DNA of 64,000 bases from Pseudomonadota bacterium (GTDB lineage: Bacteria; Pseudomonadota; Alphaproteobacteria; Rhizobiales; Xanthobacteraceae), in NCBI GenBank assembly GCA_041691515.1, contig JBEPUM010000002.1, forward strand, positions 628-64,627. Reading direction: 5' to 3'. Below are positions 48,626-59,415 of the stretch, piece by piece. A program made the position numbers and the translations under genes. Each line of letters begins with the position of its first letter. Within the stretch, counting starts at the first letter, position 1. The notes beneath the pieces are model-generated. The model was not told the DNA's origin and searched no databases. It was given only the letters and a program-made list of their open reading frames with translations.

Positions 48626-49903
48626 TTATTCAGCAGCTTGCTTGCGCGGCGGATCTAGCGCACCGGAGTCGTGAATTTCCGCAACCAGATGGTCGCTGAA
48701 TCCCAGAACTTGGCGCAGGATTTCGTCGGTATGCTCGCCCAGAAGTGGCGAACGCCTCACGTCGGCAGGGCTATCCGAAAGCTTGATCGGGTTTCCGACC
48801 GAGAGATAGGCGCCGCGGGTCGGATGATCGACCTCGACGACAGTGCCGGTCTCGCGCAGCGAAGCATCGTCGGCCAGTTCCTTCATCGACAGGATTGGAC
48901 CGCAGGGGATGTCGTCCTTGTTCAGGATATCCATGGCTTCGAACTTGGTCTTGGTCATCGTCCACTGTTCAATGCGCGCGAAGATCTCGTTGAGCCGCGG
49001 TAGGCGCGCCGCCGGCTTGGCATAATCTGCATGGGTTTTCCAACCCGGCTCGCCGATCACGTCGCAGATCTTCTCCCACACCGGTGCCTGGGTGATGAAA
49101 TAGATGTAGGCGTTCGGATCGTTTTCCCAGCCCTTGCACTTCAGGATGCGGCCCGGCTGACCGCCACCGGAATCGTTCCCCGCACGTGGCGTCGCGTCGC
49201 CGAACGGGATGCCTTCGCCGTACTGGCTGTACTCGGTCAGCGGTCCCGCCTTGAGACGCTGCTGATCGCGCAGCTTGACGCGGCAAAGGTTGAGCACGCT
49301 GTCCTGCATCGCGACGCTGACTCGCTGGCCCTTGCCGGAGTGGGTGCGGTGATAGAGCGCGGTGACAATGCCCAGCGCGAGATGCAAGCCGGTGCCGGAG
49401 TCGCCAATCTGCGCGCCCGTCACGAGCGGCAGGCCGTCACGGAAGCCCGTGGTGGAGGCTGAGCCGCCGGTGCACTGCGCAACGTTCTCATAAACCTTGC
49501 AATCCTCGTAAGGTCCCGGCCCGAAGCCCTTGATCGAGGCAACGATGATCCGCGGATTGAGGCTGCTGATGTGCTCCCAGGTGAACCCCATGCGGTCGAG
49601 CGCGCCGGGCGCGAAGTTCTCGACCATCACGTCGCAGGTCTTGATCAACTCTTCGATGACGCGCTTGCCCTGAGGGTTTTTGCTGTCGACGGTGATCGAA
49701 CGCTTGTTGTGGTTGAGCATCGTGAAGTAGAGCGAGTCCGCGCCCTTCACGTCCACGAGTTGGCCGCGCGTGATATCGCCGACGCCGGGTCGCTCCACCT
49801 TGATGACATCAGCTCCGAACCACGCCAGCAGTTGGGTGCAGGTCGGTCCAGACTGGACGTGTGTGAAGTCGAGGATTTTGATGCCTTCAAGCGCCTTCGC
49901 CAT
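48626..49903 (-). CDS. frc: Formyl-CoA transferase
   Basis: [29 protein letters not shown] glycine loop; downstream of oxc. Confidence 0.96.
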   Translation of the reverse strand: MAKALEGIKILDFTHVQSGPTCTQLLAWFGADVIKVERPGVGDITRGQLVDVKGADSLYFTMLNHNKRSITVDSKNPQGKRVIEELIKTCDVMVENFAPGALDRMGFTWEHISSLNPRIIVASIKGFGPGPYEDCKVYENVAQCTGGSASTTGFRDGLPLVTGAQIGDSGTGLHLALGIVTALYHRTHSGKGQRVSVAMQDSVLNLCRVKLRDQQRLKAGPLTEYSQYGEGIPFGDATPRAGNDSGGGQPGRILKCKGWENDPNAYIYFITQAPVWEKICDVIGEPGWKTHADYAKPAARLPRLNEIFARIEQWTMTKTKFEAMDILNKDDIPCGPILSMKELADDASLRETGTVVEVDHPTRGAYLSVGNPIKLSDSPADVRRSPLLGEHTDEILRQVLGFSDHLVAEIHDSGALDPPRKQAAE

Positions 49904-49971
49904 AATTATCTCCAGATATCGAGGACGTGTCTCTGCCCCGGCGGGGCCTTGCGGGCCGCGCCGGCGCGTTG

Positions 49972-51708
49972 CTATTTCTTCTTCAGTGCGCTCTGCGGAT
50001 TGAGATTGCCGATGCGGCCGCTCTCGCTGCCGGCTGCCGGATCGAGCACCGCGTTGATGAGGGTCGGCTTGCCGCTATCCATCGCCGCGTTGACCGCGCG
50101 CTTGAGCTCGTCCGGGGACGTCGCATTCACGCCAACGCCGCCAAAGGCCTCCATCATCTTGTCGTAGCGCGCGCCTTTGACGAATACGGTCGGCGCAGGA
50201 TCGTTGCCGGCCTTGTTCACATCGGTGCCGCGATAGATGCCGTCGTTATTGAAAATGACGATACAGACCGGCAGCTGGTAACGGCAGATGGTTTCGACCT
50301 CCATGCCGGAAAAGCCGAAAGCGCTGTCGCCTTCAACGGCGAGGACGGGCTTTCCGGTTTCGATGGCCGCGGCGATCGAATAGCCCATCCCGATGCCCAT
50401 GATGCCCCAGGTGCCGACATCGATACGCTTGCGCGGCTGGTACATGTCGATGATGCCGCGCGCGAGATCGAGCGTATTGGCGCCTTCGTTCACCAGAATG
50501 GCATCCGGCCGCTCCTTGATGATCGTCCGCAGCACGCCGAGCGCACCGTGATAGTCCATCGGAGAATTGTTGTTCATCAGCCGCGGCGCCATCTTGGCGA
50601 CGTTCTCTTCACGCTTCTTGGAGACGGCGCCGGTCCAGTCGGACGAAGGGGCGGGCCAGTTGTTGCCCATGGCTGCGAGAAGCGCCGAAGCGCATGAACC
50701 GATATCGCCGACCACGGGAGCAACGATCTCGACGTTTGAATCCATCTCCTTCGGCTCAATGTCGATCTGAATGAATTTCTTCGGCGCTTCGCCCCAGCTC
50801 TTGCCTTTGCCGTGCGACAGCAGCCAATTTAGCCGCGCACCGATCAGCATCACGACGTCGGAATCCTTGAGCACGGTCGAACGCGCCGCGCCTGCGCACT
50901 GCGGATGGGTATCGGGCAGAAGACCCTTGGCCATGCTCATCGGCAGGAATGGGATGCCGCTCTTTTCGACCAGTTGACGGATGACGTCGTCGGCTTGCGC
51001 GTAGGCGGCGCCCTTGCCAAGAATGATCAGCGGCTTCTTCGCGCCCTTGAGAACATCGAGCGCGCGCTTGATGGACTCAGGCGCCGGAATTTGGGCGGGA
51101 GCTGCATCGATGACCTTGACCAACGACTTCTTGCCGGCTTCCGCATCCAGCACCTGGCCGAACAGTTTTGCCGGCAGGTCGAGATAGACGCCGCCCGGCC
51201 GTCCCGAGACCGCCGCGCGGATCGCGCGCGCCAGTCCGATGCCGATGTCCTGGGCATGCAACACACGGAACGCCGCCTTGCATAGCGGTTTGGCGATTGC
51301 GAGCTGATCCATTTCCTCATAGTCGCCCTGCTGAAGGTCGACGATCTCGCGCTCGGACGAACCCGAGATCAAAATCATCGGGAAGCAGTTGGTCGTGGCA
51401 TGGGCGAGGGCGGTCAGGCCGTTGAGGAAACCGGGAGCCGACACAGTGAGGCAGACGCCGGGCTTTTTGGTGAGGAAGCCGGCGATCGACGCCGCGTAGC
51501 CAGCGTTCTGCTCGTGCCGGAACGAGAGCACGCGAATGCCTGCGGCCTGCGCCATACGGCCGAAGTCGGTGATCGGAATGCCCGGCACGCCATAAATCGT
51601 ATTGAGGCCGTTGAGCTTGAGGGCATCGATGATGAGGTTGAAGCCGTCCGTCAGTTCGCGCTCGGCTTCAGCGGCATTCGCAGTTATGCTCTGTACAGTT
51701 GCGGACAT
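49972..51708 (-). CDS. oxc: Oxalyl-CoA decarboxylase
   Basis: [38 protein letters not shown] ThDP motif. Confidence 0.97.
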   Translation of the reverse strand: MSATVQSITANAAEAERELTDGFNLIIDALKLNGLNTIYGVPGIPITDFGRMAQAAGIRVLSFRHEQNAGYAASIAGFLTKKPGVCLTVSAPGFLNGLTALAHATTNCFPMILISGSSEREIVDLQQGDYEEMDQLAIAKPLCKAAFRVLHAQDIGIGLARAIRAAVSGRPGGVYLDLPAKLFGQVLDAEAGKKSLVKVIDAAPAQIPAPESIKRALDVLKGAKKPLIILGKGAAYAQADDVIRQLVEKSGIPFLPMSMAKGLLPDTHPQCAGAARSTVLKDSDVVMLIGARLNWLLSHGKGKSWGEAPKKFIQIDIEPKEMDSNVEIVAPVVGDIGSCASALLAAMGNNWPAPSSDWTGAVSKKREENVAKMAPRLMNNNSPMDYHGALGVLRTIIKERPDAILVNEGANTLDLARGIIDMYQPRKRIDVGTWGIMGIGMGYSIAAAIETGKPVLAVEGDSAFGFSGMEVETICRYQLPVCIVIFNNDGIYRGTDVNKAGNDPAPTVFVKGARYDKMMEAFGGVGVNATSPDELKRAVNAAMDSGKPTLINAVLDPAAGSESGRIGNLNPQSALKKK

Positions 51709-51774
51709 CCCGCTGTTCTCCCTGAATCTTCGTGATGGACGAGTTCGTCGTCTTCTTGTTGTGAACTCGAGCAG

Positions 51775-52506
51775 TTACGTAAACAGCTCCTGGCCATGAG
51801 CCTCGACATAAGCTGCAAGCCCGAGCGTGTGGTCGCGTGCGCGCTTTTCAGCAAGTTCGGTGTTACGTTCTTCGAGCGCGTCGATGATGGCCATGTGTTC
51901 CGGCAGCGAAACCGCGGTGCGATCGGTGCGCCCGATCGTCAGTTGCCTGTAACCGCGAACATGCAGAAGAATGTCATTGGTCATATCGACCAGCACCGGG
52001 GACTCGCTTAGCGAAATCAGCGCCTGGTGAAATGCGATATTCGCCTTCGAGTACTCCTCGACGTGATCCTGCGGCAGGCGATCCTTATTGAAATTCCTGA
52101 AAAAGTCGCGTAGCGCCGAGATGTCCTTCTTGCGCGCGGTCGTCGTGATAAGACGCGCCGCCATGCTCTCGAGCGCGGCCCATGCCCGGATCATGTCGAC
52201 GATTTCGTTTTTTGTCCGGCGCACCACGACGATGCCCCGGCGCGGAACCGTTTTCACGAAGCCATCCTGCTCGAGCATCGCGATCGCTTCGCGGATAGGG
52301 GTGCGGCTGACGCCAAGGCGTTCCGACAACGCGCGCTCATCGAGCATCACCTGCTCGGGCGTGGCGTAGATATCCATTTTCAGGATAGCTTCCTTCAAGG
52401 CGTCATACGCCTTATTTTTGAAGCTCGTTTCCGGTGCGATCCGGACGATGGCGATGTCTGCCTCGGCCATTGTGGGCGACGCCTTGGTTGGTTTTACGTC
52501 CGGCAT
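51775..52506 (-). CDS. GntR (FCD) transcriptional regulator of the oxalate cluster
   Basis: LGVSRTPIREA HTH; FCD domain. Confidence 0.92.
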   Translation of the reverse strand: MPDVKPTKASPTMAEADIAIVRIAPETSFKNKAYDALKEAILKMDIYATPEQVMLDERALSERLGVSRTPIREAIAMLEQDGFVKTVPRRGIVVVRRTKNEIVDMIRAWAALESMAARLITTTARKKDISALRDFFRNFNKDRLPQDHVEEYSKANIAFHQALISLSESPVLVDMTNDILLHVRGYRQLTIGRTDRTAVSLPEHMAIIDALEERNTELAEKRARDHTLGLAAYVEAHGQELFT

Positions 52507-52563
52507 AAGAAATCTCCATCGGTGGGAGACTCTGTAATACCAGAATAATGTACGTTATATTTT

Positions 52564-52661
52564 TGGCATACCAAATACCAGAATGTCAAGATATCCATAT
52601 TTTAGAGACATCGGTCCCTTCGACAGCCTTGACAAGGCTCGATCTGGCATACCAAATGCCA
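52564..52661. promoter_or_regulatory. Two oxalate regulon boxes in the divergent gntR / acyl-CoA ligase promoter
   Basis: TGGCATA-CCA-AATACCA (52564-52580) and TGGCATA-CCA-AATGCCA (52645-52661). Confidence 0.7.
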
Positions 52662-52839
52662 TAAGAAGCAACAGCAATCGTGGATTGCGGCGGCGTGGCC
52701 GCTCGCAAGTCCAAGGCCGTTTTCATGCGAGCACGTATGCGTTTGCGATCGGCGACACCGACGACGCGCGATGGGTAATCGATGTCCGCACTCGCGGCGC
52801 GGCTGACAGACACAAAAATGGACGCGAAGGAGGAAACCA

Positions 52840-54969
52840 ATGTCTCATTCCAAGGATGCGGTTCGCAAAATTCTCGATGCGGTCAAGGCTGATAAGCGCA
52901 CGAGCCTGACAGCGCCGGAAGGCAAGCTGGTCTGCGATGCCTACGGAATTCCGGTGCCGGGCGAAGGTGTCGCTAAATCGGCGGCCGAGGCGGCCAAGCT
53001 CGCGTCTGGCATGGGATTTCCGGTGGTGATGAAAATCGTCTCGCCGGACATTTTGCATAAGACCGAAGCGGGCGGCGTCATTGTCGGCGTCAAGAGCGCA
53101 GCGGACGCTGAAAAGGCCTACGATACCATTCTGGCGAACGCCAAGAAGTACAAGGCGGACGCCAAGATAGAAGGTATTCAGGTCCAGCAGATGCTGGCCG
53201 GAGGCACCGAGGTCATCGTCGGCTCGATCACGGATGGTTCGTTCGGCAAACTCGTGGCGTTTGGTCTGGGCGGTGTGCTGGTCGAGGTGTTGAAGGATGT
53301 CACCTTCCGGCTTGCACCGGCCACCAGGGACGATGCGCTGTCGATGCTCGACGGTATTCAAGCAAAGGAAATGCTGAAGGGCGTTCGCGGCGGCGATCCG
53401 GTGAACCGCGATGCGCTGGCCGACGTCATCGTGAAGGTCTCCCAACTCGTGAGCGACTTCCAGGAAATCGTCGAGCTCGATCTCAATCCGGTGTTCGCGA
53501 CCAAGAAGGATGCGATTGCCGCGGACGTGCGCATCGTCGTCGATTTCAACTACAAGCCGCGCCCCGCGCCGCGTTCCGACGCGGAGATCGTGACCGCGAT
53601 GAACCGCATCATGATGCCAAAGTCCGTCGCGGTCATCGGCGCATCGGCCGAAGACGGCAAAATCGGCAATTCCGTGATGAAGAACCTCATCAATGGCGGC
53701 TACAAAGGCGAGATCTATCCGATCCATCCCAAGGCGGCCGAGATCCTCGGGCACAAGGCCTATAAGAGCGTCAAGGACGTCGCCGGGGTTATCGACGTCG
53801 CGGTGTTTGCAATCCCTGCGAAATTCGTAGCGGGCGCGCTCGCCGAATGCGGTGAGAAGAAAATTCCCGGCGCTGTTCTGATTCCCTCGGGCTTTGCCGA
53901 AGCAGGCGCTCCCGAGCTGCAGGATGAAATCGTCGAAGTCGGCAAAAAGTACAACATCCGCTTGATGGGGCCGAACATCTACGGCTTCTATTATACACCG
54001 GCCAATCTCTGCGCGACATTCTGCACGGCCTACGACGTCAAGGGCTCAGCCGCGCTGTCGTCGCAGTCGGGCGGCATCGGCATGGCGATCATCGGCTTCT
54101 CGCGTTCCGCGAAGATGGGTGTTTCGGCGATCGTCGGTCTCGGCAACAAGTCCGATATCGACGAGGACGATCTGCTCGCCTTCTTCGAGCAGGACAAGAA
54201 CACCAATATCATCGCGATGCATTGCGAGGATCTGAAGGACGGACGCGCCTTCGCGGATGCTGCCAAGCGGGTCTCGAAGAAAAAGCCGGTGGTGGTGCTC
54301 AAGGGCGGCCGCACCTCGGCCGGCGCCAAGGCGGCTTCGTCGCATACCGGCGCGCTGGCCGGCAACGACAAGATCTACGAGGATGTTTTCCAGCAGTCTG
54401 GCGTGATCCGCGCCCGCTCGCTGCGTCAGCTTCTCGAGTTCGCCCGCGGCATTCCGGTGCTGCCGACTCCGAAAGGCGAAAACGTCCTGATTATCACCGG
54501 TGCCGGCGGCTCGGGCGTGCTGTTGTCGGACTCGGTCGTCGACAACGGGCTTTCGCTGATGGCGATGCCCGATGATCTCGACAAGGCGTTCCGCAAGTTC
54601 ATCCCACCGTTCGGTGCATCGGGCAATCCGGTCGACATCACCGGCGGCGAGCCGCCGATCACCTACGTCAACACCGTGAAGCTCGGTCTTACCGACGATC
54701 GTATTCACTCGCTGATTCTCGGCTACTGGCACACCATCGTCACGCCACCGATGGTGTTTGCGAAGAACATGGTCGAGATCAAGAACGAGATGAAAGCCAA
54801 GGGCATTGAGAAGCCCATGGTCGCGTCGCTCGCCGGCGATGTCGAGGTGGAGGAAGCCGCTGAATATCTCTACCAGAATGGCATCCCGGCCTACGCGTAT
54901 TCCACGGAACTCCCGGTGGAATTGCTGGGCGCCAAATACAAGTGGGCAAGAGGCGCGGGTCTGCTCTAA
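52840..54969 (+). CDS. NDP-forming acyl-CoA synthetase (acetate-CoA ligase family), ATP-grasp domain first
   Basis: GFPVVMKIVSPDILHKTE, ELDLNPV, GPNIYG, SQSGG, ASSHTGALAG phospho-His, NPVDITG. Confidence 0.9.
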   Translation: MSHSKDAVRKILDAVKADKRTSLTAPEGKLVCDAYGIPVPGEGVAKSAAEAAKLASGMGFPVVMKIVSPDILHKTEAGGVIVGVKSAADAEKAYDTILANAKKYKADAKIEGIQVQQMLAGGTEVIVGSITDGSFGKLVAFGLGGVLVEVLKDVTFRLAPATRDDALSMLDGIQAKEMLKGVRGGDPVNRDALADVIVKVSQLVSDFQEIVELDLNPVFATKKDAIAADVRIVVDFNYKPRPAPRSDAEIVTAMNRIMMPKSVAVIGASAEDGKIGNSVMKNLINGGYKGEIYPIHPKAAEILGHKAYKSVKDVAGVIDVAVFAIPAKFVAGALAECGEKKIPGAVLIPSGFAEAGAPELQDEIVEVGKKYNIRLMGPNIYGFYYTPANLCATFCTAYDVKGSAALSSQSGGIGMAIIGFSRSAKMGVSAIVGLGNKSDIDEDDLLAFFEQDKNTNIIAMHCEDLKDGRAFADAAKRVSKKKPVVVLKGGRTSAGAKAASSHTGALAGNDKIYEDVFQQSGVIRARSLRQLLEFARGIPVLPTPKGENVLIITGAGGSGVLLSDSVVDNGLSLMAMPDDLDKAFRKFIPPFGASGNPVDITGGEPPITYVNTVKLGLTDDRIHSLILGYWHTIVTPPMVFAKNMVEIKNEMKAKGIEKPMVASLAGDVEVEEAAEYLYQNGIPAYAYSTELPVELLGAKYKWARGAGLL

Positions 54970-55051
54970 GGCTTGCTCCTTATCGGCTCTGAACACTCAA
55001 GATGCCGTCCGGTTCGCCGGGCGGCATTGTCGTTTATGCAAACTTGGAAAC

Positions 55052-55408
55052 TTACTGCGCCCTGAATCCGCGCCATCGCGCGGCAAGCCAGATCATCCCT
55101 GCAGCGCCGGCAAGCCCGACGCACGCCGTAGCGGCATCGACCACAAAATCCTCAAGTCGCGCATGGCGGCCGGGCGCCCACAGTTGCATGATCTCAAGCA
55201 GGCCGATCAGGACGACGGATATGGCAGCGACAAACAGCCGTCGCCGCGGAAACGAAAGGCCTACGGCGAGACCAACCAGAACGAAGGCGAGGGCGTGTTC
55301 GCCATCCTGGCCCAGCGCGGAGTGCGGGCGGTAGCTCGGCGGACCGAGCGTCGCAAATACGACCGCCGCGATCAGGATTGCCGTGCCTATACGCAAAGGA
55401 ATTTTCAT
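55052..55408 (-). CDS. VanZ-family membrane protein
   Basis: EHALAF, LEIMQLWAPGRHARLED. Confidence 0.8.
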   Translation of the reverse strand: MKIPLRIGTAILIAAVVFATLGPPSYRPHSALGQDGEHALAFVLVGLAVGLSFPRRRLFVAAISVVLIGLLEIMQLWAPGRHARLEDFVVDAATACVGLAGAAGMIWLAARWRGFRAQ

Positions 55409-55462
55409 TGTTGGCGCATAGCACAGTTTGTCGTCCCGCAAAGGCCGGCCGAACGAATCCCT

Positions 55463-56080
55463 TCAAATTTGCTTCCGCACGCCAATTCCGGTCATGAATC
55501 GCTGCCGAATTTGCACGGGATCGCGATCGGTGGTGCCGACGCCGGGTTTGTCGTCAATCCGGACCGCGATGAACGTCGGTCCAGTTGCAGATAGCGAGGC
55601 TTCGATGAGCCGTTCGAAGTCCTCTTCGTCGGCGGCCCAGCTGCTGTTGCCGAGACCACTTCCGGTCGCGATGGAGACGATGTCAGCCACCGCCGCTGCC
55701 GGCGTCGGCTGCGCGCCGGTGATCTGATAAATGCCGTTGTCCATCACGATCATGGTCAGGTTCTTAGGCGACAGCGCCGCGATGGTGGAGAGGCAGCCGA
55801 GCTGCATGAGCAACGAGCCATCGCCCTCAAGCGCGAAGATCCGCCGCTCCGGCTGCGCCAATGCGATCCCGAGCGCGATCGGGAAGGCGAGGCCCATGCT
55901 GCCCAGCATGTAGAAGTTCTGCGGGCGATGACCGGCGGCCCAAAGGTCGAAATTTGTATTTCCGATGCCCCCGATCACCGCCTCTTCATTCTTCAGTTTG
56001 GTGCTCAATCGCTTGGTGAGATCGAAGCGGTTCATCACCTTGGTGTTGCGGGCCGGTACGTGATTATCGTTGCTGTTCAT
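55463..56080 (-). CDS. ThDP-dependent decarboxylase beta subunit (ComE/phosphonopyruvate decarboxylase-like)
   Basis: NFYMLGSMG, EGDGSLLM...DNG ThDP motif. Confidence 0.85.
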   Translation of the reverse strand: MNSNDNHVPARNTKVMNRFDLTKRLSTKLKNEEAVIGGIGNTNFDLWAAGHRPQNFYMLGSMGLAFPIALGIALAQPERRIFALEGDGSLLMQLGCLSTIAALSPKNLTMIVMDNGIYQITGAQPTPAAAVADIVSIATGSGLGNSSWAADEEDFERLIEASLSATGPTFIAVRIDDKPGVGTTDRDPVQIRQRFMTGIGVRKQI

Positions 56081-56087
56081 AATATCC

Positions 56088-56648
56088 TCACGCGGTGAAG
56101 ACTTTGCCGCCGGTCAACAGCGGCGACAGGATCAATGCAACGGGCGCTTGAGTTGCAATGGCTTGTTTGATCGAGCGATCGACGATGAATTCCATCTCGT
56201 CGAGCCGCGTCATCGTGTGATGCTCGATGGCAAGTGAATCGAGCACAGGCCGCATGGTGCGGCAGACCAGCGACTGCCCGTAGTTAAATTCACCAAGGGT
56301 TCCGCGCTCCGATACGAACATGATCAGCGGAATCTGGTAGGGAAGCGCCAGCGACGCGAGCGCATTCGGCAGCGTGGCGAAGCCGCTGGTTTGCATCAAC
56401 ACGGCGCCGCGCTTGCCGCCCATCCAGGCACCGGAAACGATGCCGACGGCTTCCTCCTCCCGCGCGGTGGGAAAGGTCGTAAAAAACGGATCGGCGTGAA
56501 TGTTCTTGATGAGAGTCGTGAGCACGCGGTCGGGCACATAAGGCACGAGCCGGATGTCGTTACGCTTGAGGGTTTGCAGGACGATCTCATGCCAGGCCGG
56601 GCTTGGAGGTCTTTGTTCCTCGGCGAGCGCCATCTCATTCTCCGTCAT
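56088..56648 (-). CDS. ThDP-dependent decarboxylase alpha subunit (ComD-like)
   Basis: YVPD, REEEAVG, MQTSG; start approximate. Confidence 0.85.
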   Translation of the reverse strand: MTENEMALAEEQRPPSPAWHEIVLQTLKRNDIRLVPYVPDRVLTTLIKNIHADPFFTTFPTAREEEAVGIVSGAWMGGKRGAVLMQTSGFATLPNALASLALPYQIPLIMFVSERGTLGEFNYGQSLVCRTMRPVLDSLAIEHHTMTRLDEMEFIVDRSIKQAIATQAPVALILSPLLTGGKVFTA

Positions 56649-56708
56649 TTCTATCGATCGGGCATCCTGTTCGACAGGAATCCTGACCATGTCCGCGTGC
56701 ATCAAAAC

Positions 56709-56738
56709 TTGACGGGATCGACAGGATTGTCAACAATC
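56709..56738 (+). promoter_or_regulatory. Sigma70-like promoter overlapped by a GntR-type palindrome
   Basis: TTGACG-N17-AACAAT; GATTGT-CA-ACAATC inverted repeat at 56725-56738. Confidence 0.55.
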
Positions 56739-56803
56739 ATGTTATCCAAGCGGCGCCTGATCAAAAACGTTCTGGTACGCCGTTTCTCCAGCGACCGGTC
56801 TCG

Positions 56804-57466
56804 ATGAAAGCGAACGCTCCCGAGGATGACGGCAGACAGGACGTAGCCGCACGGCTTCGCGAATGGATCACGGGTGGCCGCTTCATGCCCAACGAGCGGC
56901 TGATTGAGACGGACCTTGCTCAAGTCTTGAACGCCAACCGCGCAAATGTCCGCATGGCCTTGGCGATGCTGGAGCAGGAAGGGCTGGTCGTTCGCGAGCG
57001 CAATCGCGGTGCGCGTGTCCGTTTGGTGTCGGATGCAGAAGCCATCGAGATTGCTGAAGCTCGGCAGTCGCTCGAAGGTCTTGTCACGCGCCAGGCCGCC
57101 GCTCGGGCGTCGAAGGCCGACTGCGCGACGTTGCGCGGGATCATTGCGGACATGCGAAAGGCCCATGCGGCCGCGGACTATCTGGCGATCTCGGCGTTGA
57201 ACGGCCGGCTTCACGCGGAAATCCAGCGCATTGCAGACAATGCGACTGTAACGCGTCTGCTCGAAATGCTGAGATCCCAGATCGTGCGCCAGCAATATCG
57301 CGCGATCCTCTTGCCCGGGCGTGCCAAAGCTTCGGTTCAGGAACATGCGGCGATTGTCACCGCCATATGTGCCCACGACATGAGCGCAGCAGAAGAGGCG
57401 ATGCGACGACACATCGGCGGGGTGATTGCCGCCCTCAAGCAGGCAATCGCCTTGAAGGTGAGCTAA
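56804..57466 (+). CDS. GntR (FCD) transcriptional regulator
   Basis: PNERLIETDLA..RANVRMAL HTH; FCD. Confidence 0.9.
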   Translation: MKANAPEDDGRQDVAARLREWITGGRFMPNERLIETDLAQVLNANRANVRMALAMLEQEGLVVRERNRGARVRLVSDAEAIEIAEARQSLEGLVTRQAAARASKADCATLRGIIADMRKAHAAADYLAISALNGRLHAEIQRIADNATVTRLLEMLRSQIVRQQYRAILLPGRAKASVQEHAAIVTAICAHDMSAAEEAMRRHIGGVIAALKQAIALKVS

Positions 57467-57526
57467 CACGAAGAACGAAAGCCAGCCGGCATTGATCGGC
57501 AGCTCAAAACGTCAGGGAGGTACATC

Positions 57527-58498
57527 GTGCGAAAATCGCTTGGAATGTTCATCGCGGCAGCGGCGCTGGTCGCTACCTACGGTTCCGCTATCGCGCAGAC
57601 AGCGTTTCCATCGAAGCCGGTGCATATCTTTGTTCCGTATCCCGCCGGCGGTGGCGTGGACATCCTCACGCGAACGTTGGGCGATGCGCTTTCGAAAGAG
57701 TGGGGACAGTCGATCGTTGTCGAAAATCGGCCGGGTGCTGGCGGGGTCGTCGCATCGCAGGCGCTCGCCACTTCACCACCTGACGGTTACACGCTGATCG
57801 TCGTTGCCAGCGGCCACGCGACCAATCCCTTCCTCTATCCCAAAATGCCCTACGATACGTTCAAGGCCTTCACGCCGATCTCGCTGCTCGCGTCATCTCC
57901 GAATATCCTTCTGGTGCGCAAGGATTCGCCGTTCAAGACGCTCGCCGATCTGCTCGCTGCTGCCCGCGCAAAACCGGGAAGCCTGTCGTTTGGGCATGCC
58001 GGGAACGGCACGTCGACCCATCTCGCCGGTGAATTGCTGAAGAACCTCGCGAAGATCGATATGGCGGCGATTCCCTATAAGGGTGGCGCGCCGGCGATCA
58101 ACGATCTGTTGGGAGGGCAGATTCCGATGTCATTCAACAATGGACCGGAATCTGTCGGGCAGATCAAGGCCGGAACGGTGCGCGCGCTTGGCGTGACAAG
58201 TGCAAAGCGCGCGGCCTTTTTGCCGGATGTGCCGACCATAGCCGAAGGTGGAGTGCCGGGTTACGATACCGAGGTCTGGTGGGGTTTGCTTGGGCCGGCC
58301 AACATGCCCGCCGATGTGGTGAAAAAGCTATCGCATGACTTTATCGCAGCCTTGAACACTAAATCTGTCAAGGACCGCCTCGAACCTCTCGGTGCGACGC
58401 CGATCGGCAGTTCGCCGGAGGAGTTTGCGGCAAAGATCAAAGCGGACTACGACAAATGGGGGCCGATTATCAAAGCAGCCGGCATGAAGATCGAGTAA
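57527..58498 (+). CDS. TctC/Bug tripartite tricarboxylate transporter substrate-binding protein
   Basis: VPYPAGGGVD, VENRPGAGG, PDGYTL, PYKGG. Confidence 0.93.
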   Translation: MRKSLGMFIAAAALVATYGSAIAQTAFPSKPVHIFVPYPAGGGVDILTRTLGDALSKEWGQSIVVENRPGAGGVVASQALATSPPDGYTLIVVASGHATNPFLYPKMPYDTFKAFTPISLLASSPNILLVRKDSPFKTLADLLAAARAKPGSLSFGHAGNGTSTHLAGELLKNLAKIDMAAIPYKGGAPAINDLLGGQIPMSFNNGPESVGQIKAGTVRALGVTSAKRAAFLPDVPTIAEGGVPGYDTEVWWGLLGPANMPADVVKKLSHDFIAALNTKSVKDRLEPLGATPIGSSPEEFAAKIKADYDKWGPIIKAAGMKIE

Positions 58499-58504
58499 GC
58501 AGCG

Positions 58505-59395
58505 ATGGTTTCTGCAATACCGGCGTGTCTGCCGCCGCTCGAACCCAGCCGGCCTCGCGTGCCGCCGCCGCCAAATGCGTGCGATACCCACGCGCATGTC
58601 TTTGGGCCGGCAGATTTGTTCCCCTATGCGCATGACCGCAGTTACACGCCGCCGGACGCGCCCCGCGAAAAATACCTTGCGATGCTCGATACGCTCGGGT
58701 TCGATCGCGGCGTGCTGGTTCAAGGCAGTGCCCATGGCCACGATAATTCAGCAATGCTGGATGCGCTCACGCATCATCGGAATCGGTTGCGTGGCGTAGC
58801 CGTGGCTGATGCGGACGTGTCTGCCGCGACATTACGGCAATGGGCCAAGACCGGAATTTGCGGGTTGCGCTTCAATCATTTTTTCCGCGACGGGCAACTG
58901 CACTACCGGGGCGGCATTCCGCTAACCGTGGCGAAGGTCCACGCACCTGTCATGGCGGAGCTCGGTTGGCACCTGCAGCTCTGGATCGATGCCAAAGATC
59001 TGCCCGAGACCATTCCCGTCCTGAAAGCGATAGGCTTGCCGGTCGTGGTCGATCACATGGGGCGAACCGACGCGCGGGCCGGCATTCAAACCGCCGGCTT
59101 TCAGAGCCTCTTGCGCGCTGTCGGCGAGGGCTGGTGCTGGGCCAAGCCGTCGGGCGCGCACAGACTGAGCCAGAACGCGCCGGATTATCCCGAAGCGCGC
59201 GCCTTTCACGAGGCGCTGGTGCGCGAAAATCCGGAACGTCTGGTCTGGGGCGGCGACTGGCCACATCCACGCGTCGAGGGTGAGATGCCGGACGTGGGAC
59301 ATCTGTTTGAACTGTTTCAAAGCTGGACGCCGGACACGGCCGTGCAGCATCGTATTCTCGTCACCAACCCGGCCCAGCTCTACGGGTTCTCCTAA
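58505..59395 (+). CDS. Amidohydrolase_2 lactonase (LigI / sugar-lactone hydrolase-like)
   Basis: CDTHAHVFG, VDHMG, WGGDWPH, NPAQLYGF. Confidence 0.88.
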   Translation: MVSAIPACLPPLEPSRPRVPPPPNACDTHAHVFGPADLFPYAHDRSYTPPDAPREKYLAMLDTLGFDRGVLVQGSAHGHDNSAMLDALTHHRNRLRGVAVADADVSAATLRQWAKTGICGLRFNHFFRDGQLHYRGGIPLTVAKVHAPVMAELGWHLQLWIDAKDLPETIPVLKAIGLPVVVDHMGRTDARAGIQTAGFQSLLRAVGEGWCWAKPSGAHRLSQNAPDYPEARAFHEALVRENPERLVWGGDWPHPRVEGEMPDVGHLFELFQSWTPDTAVQHRILVTNPAQLYGFS

Positions 59396-59415
59396 ACTGA
59401 AGGTCAGCCAAGAAA

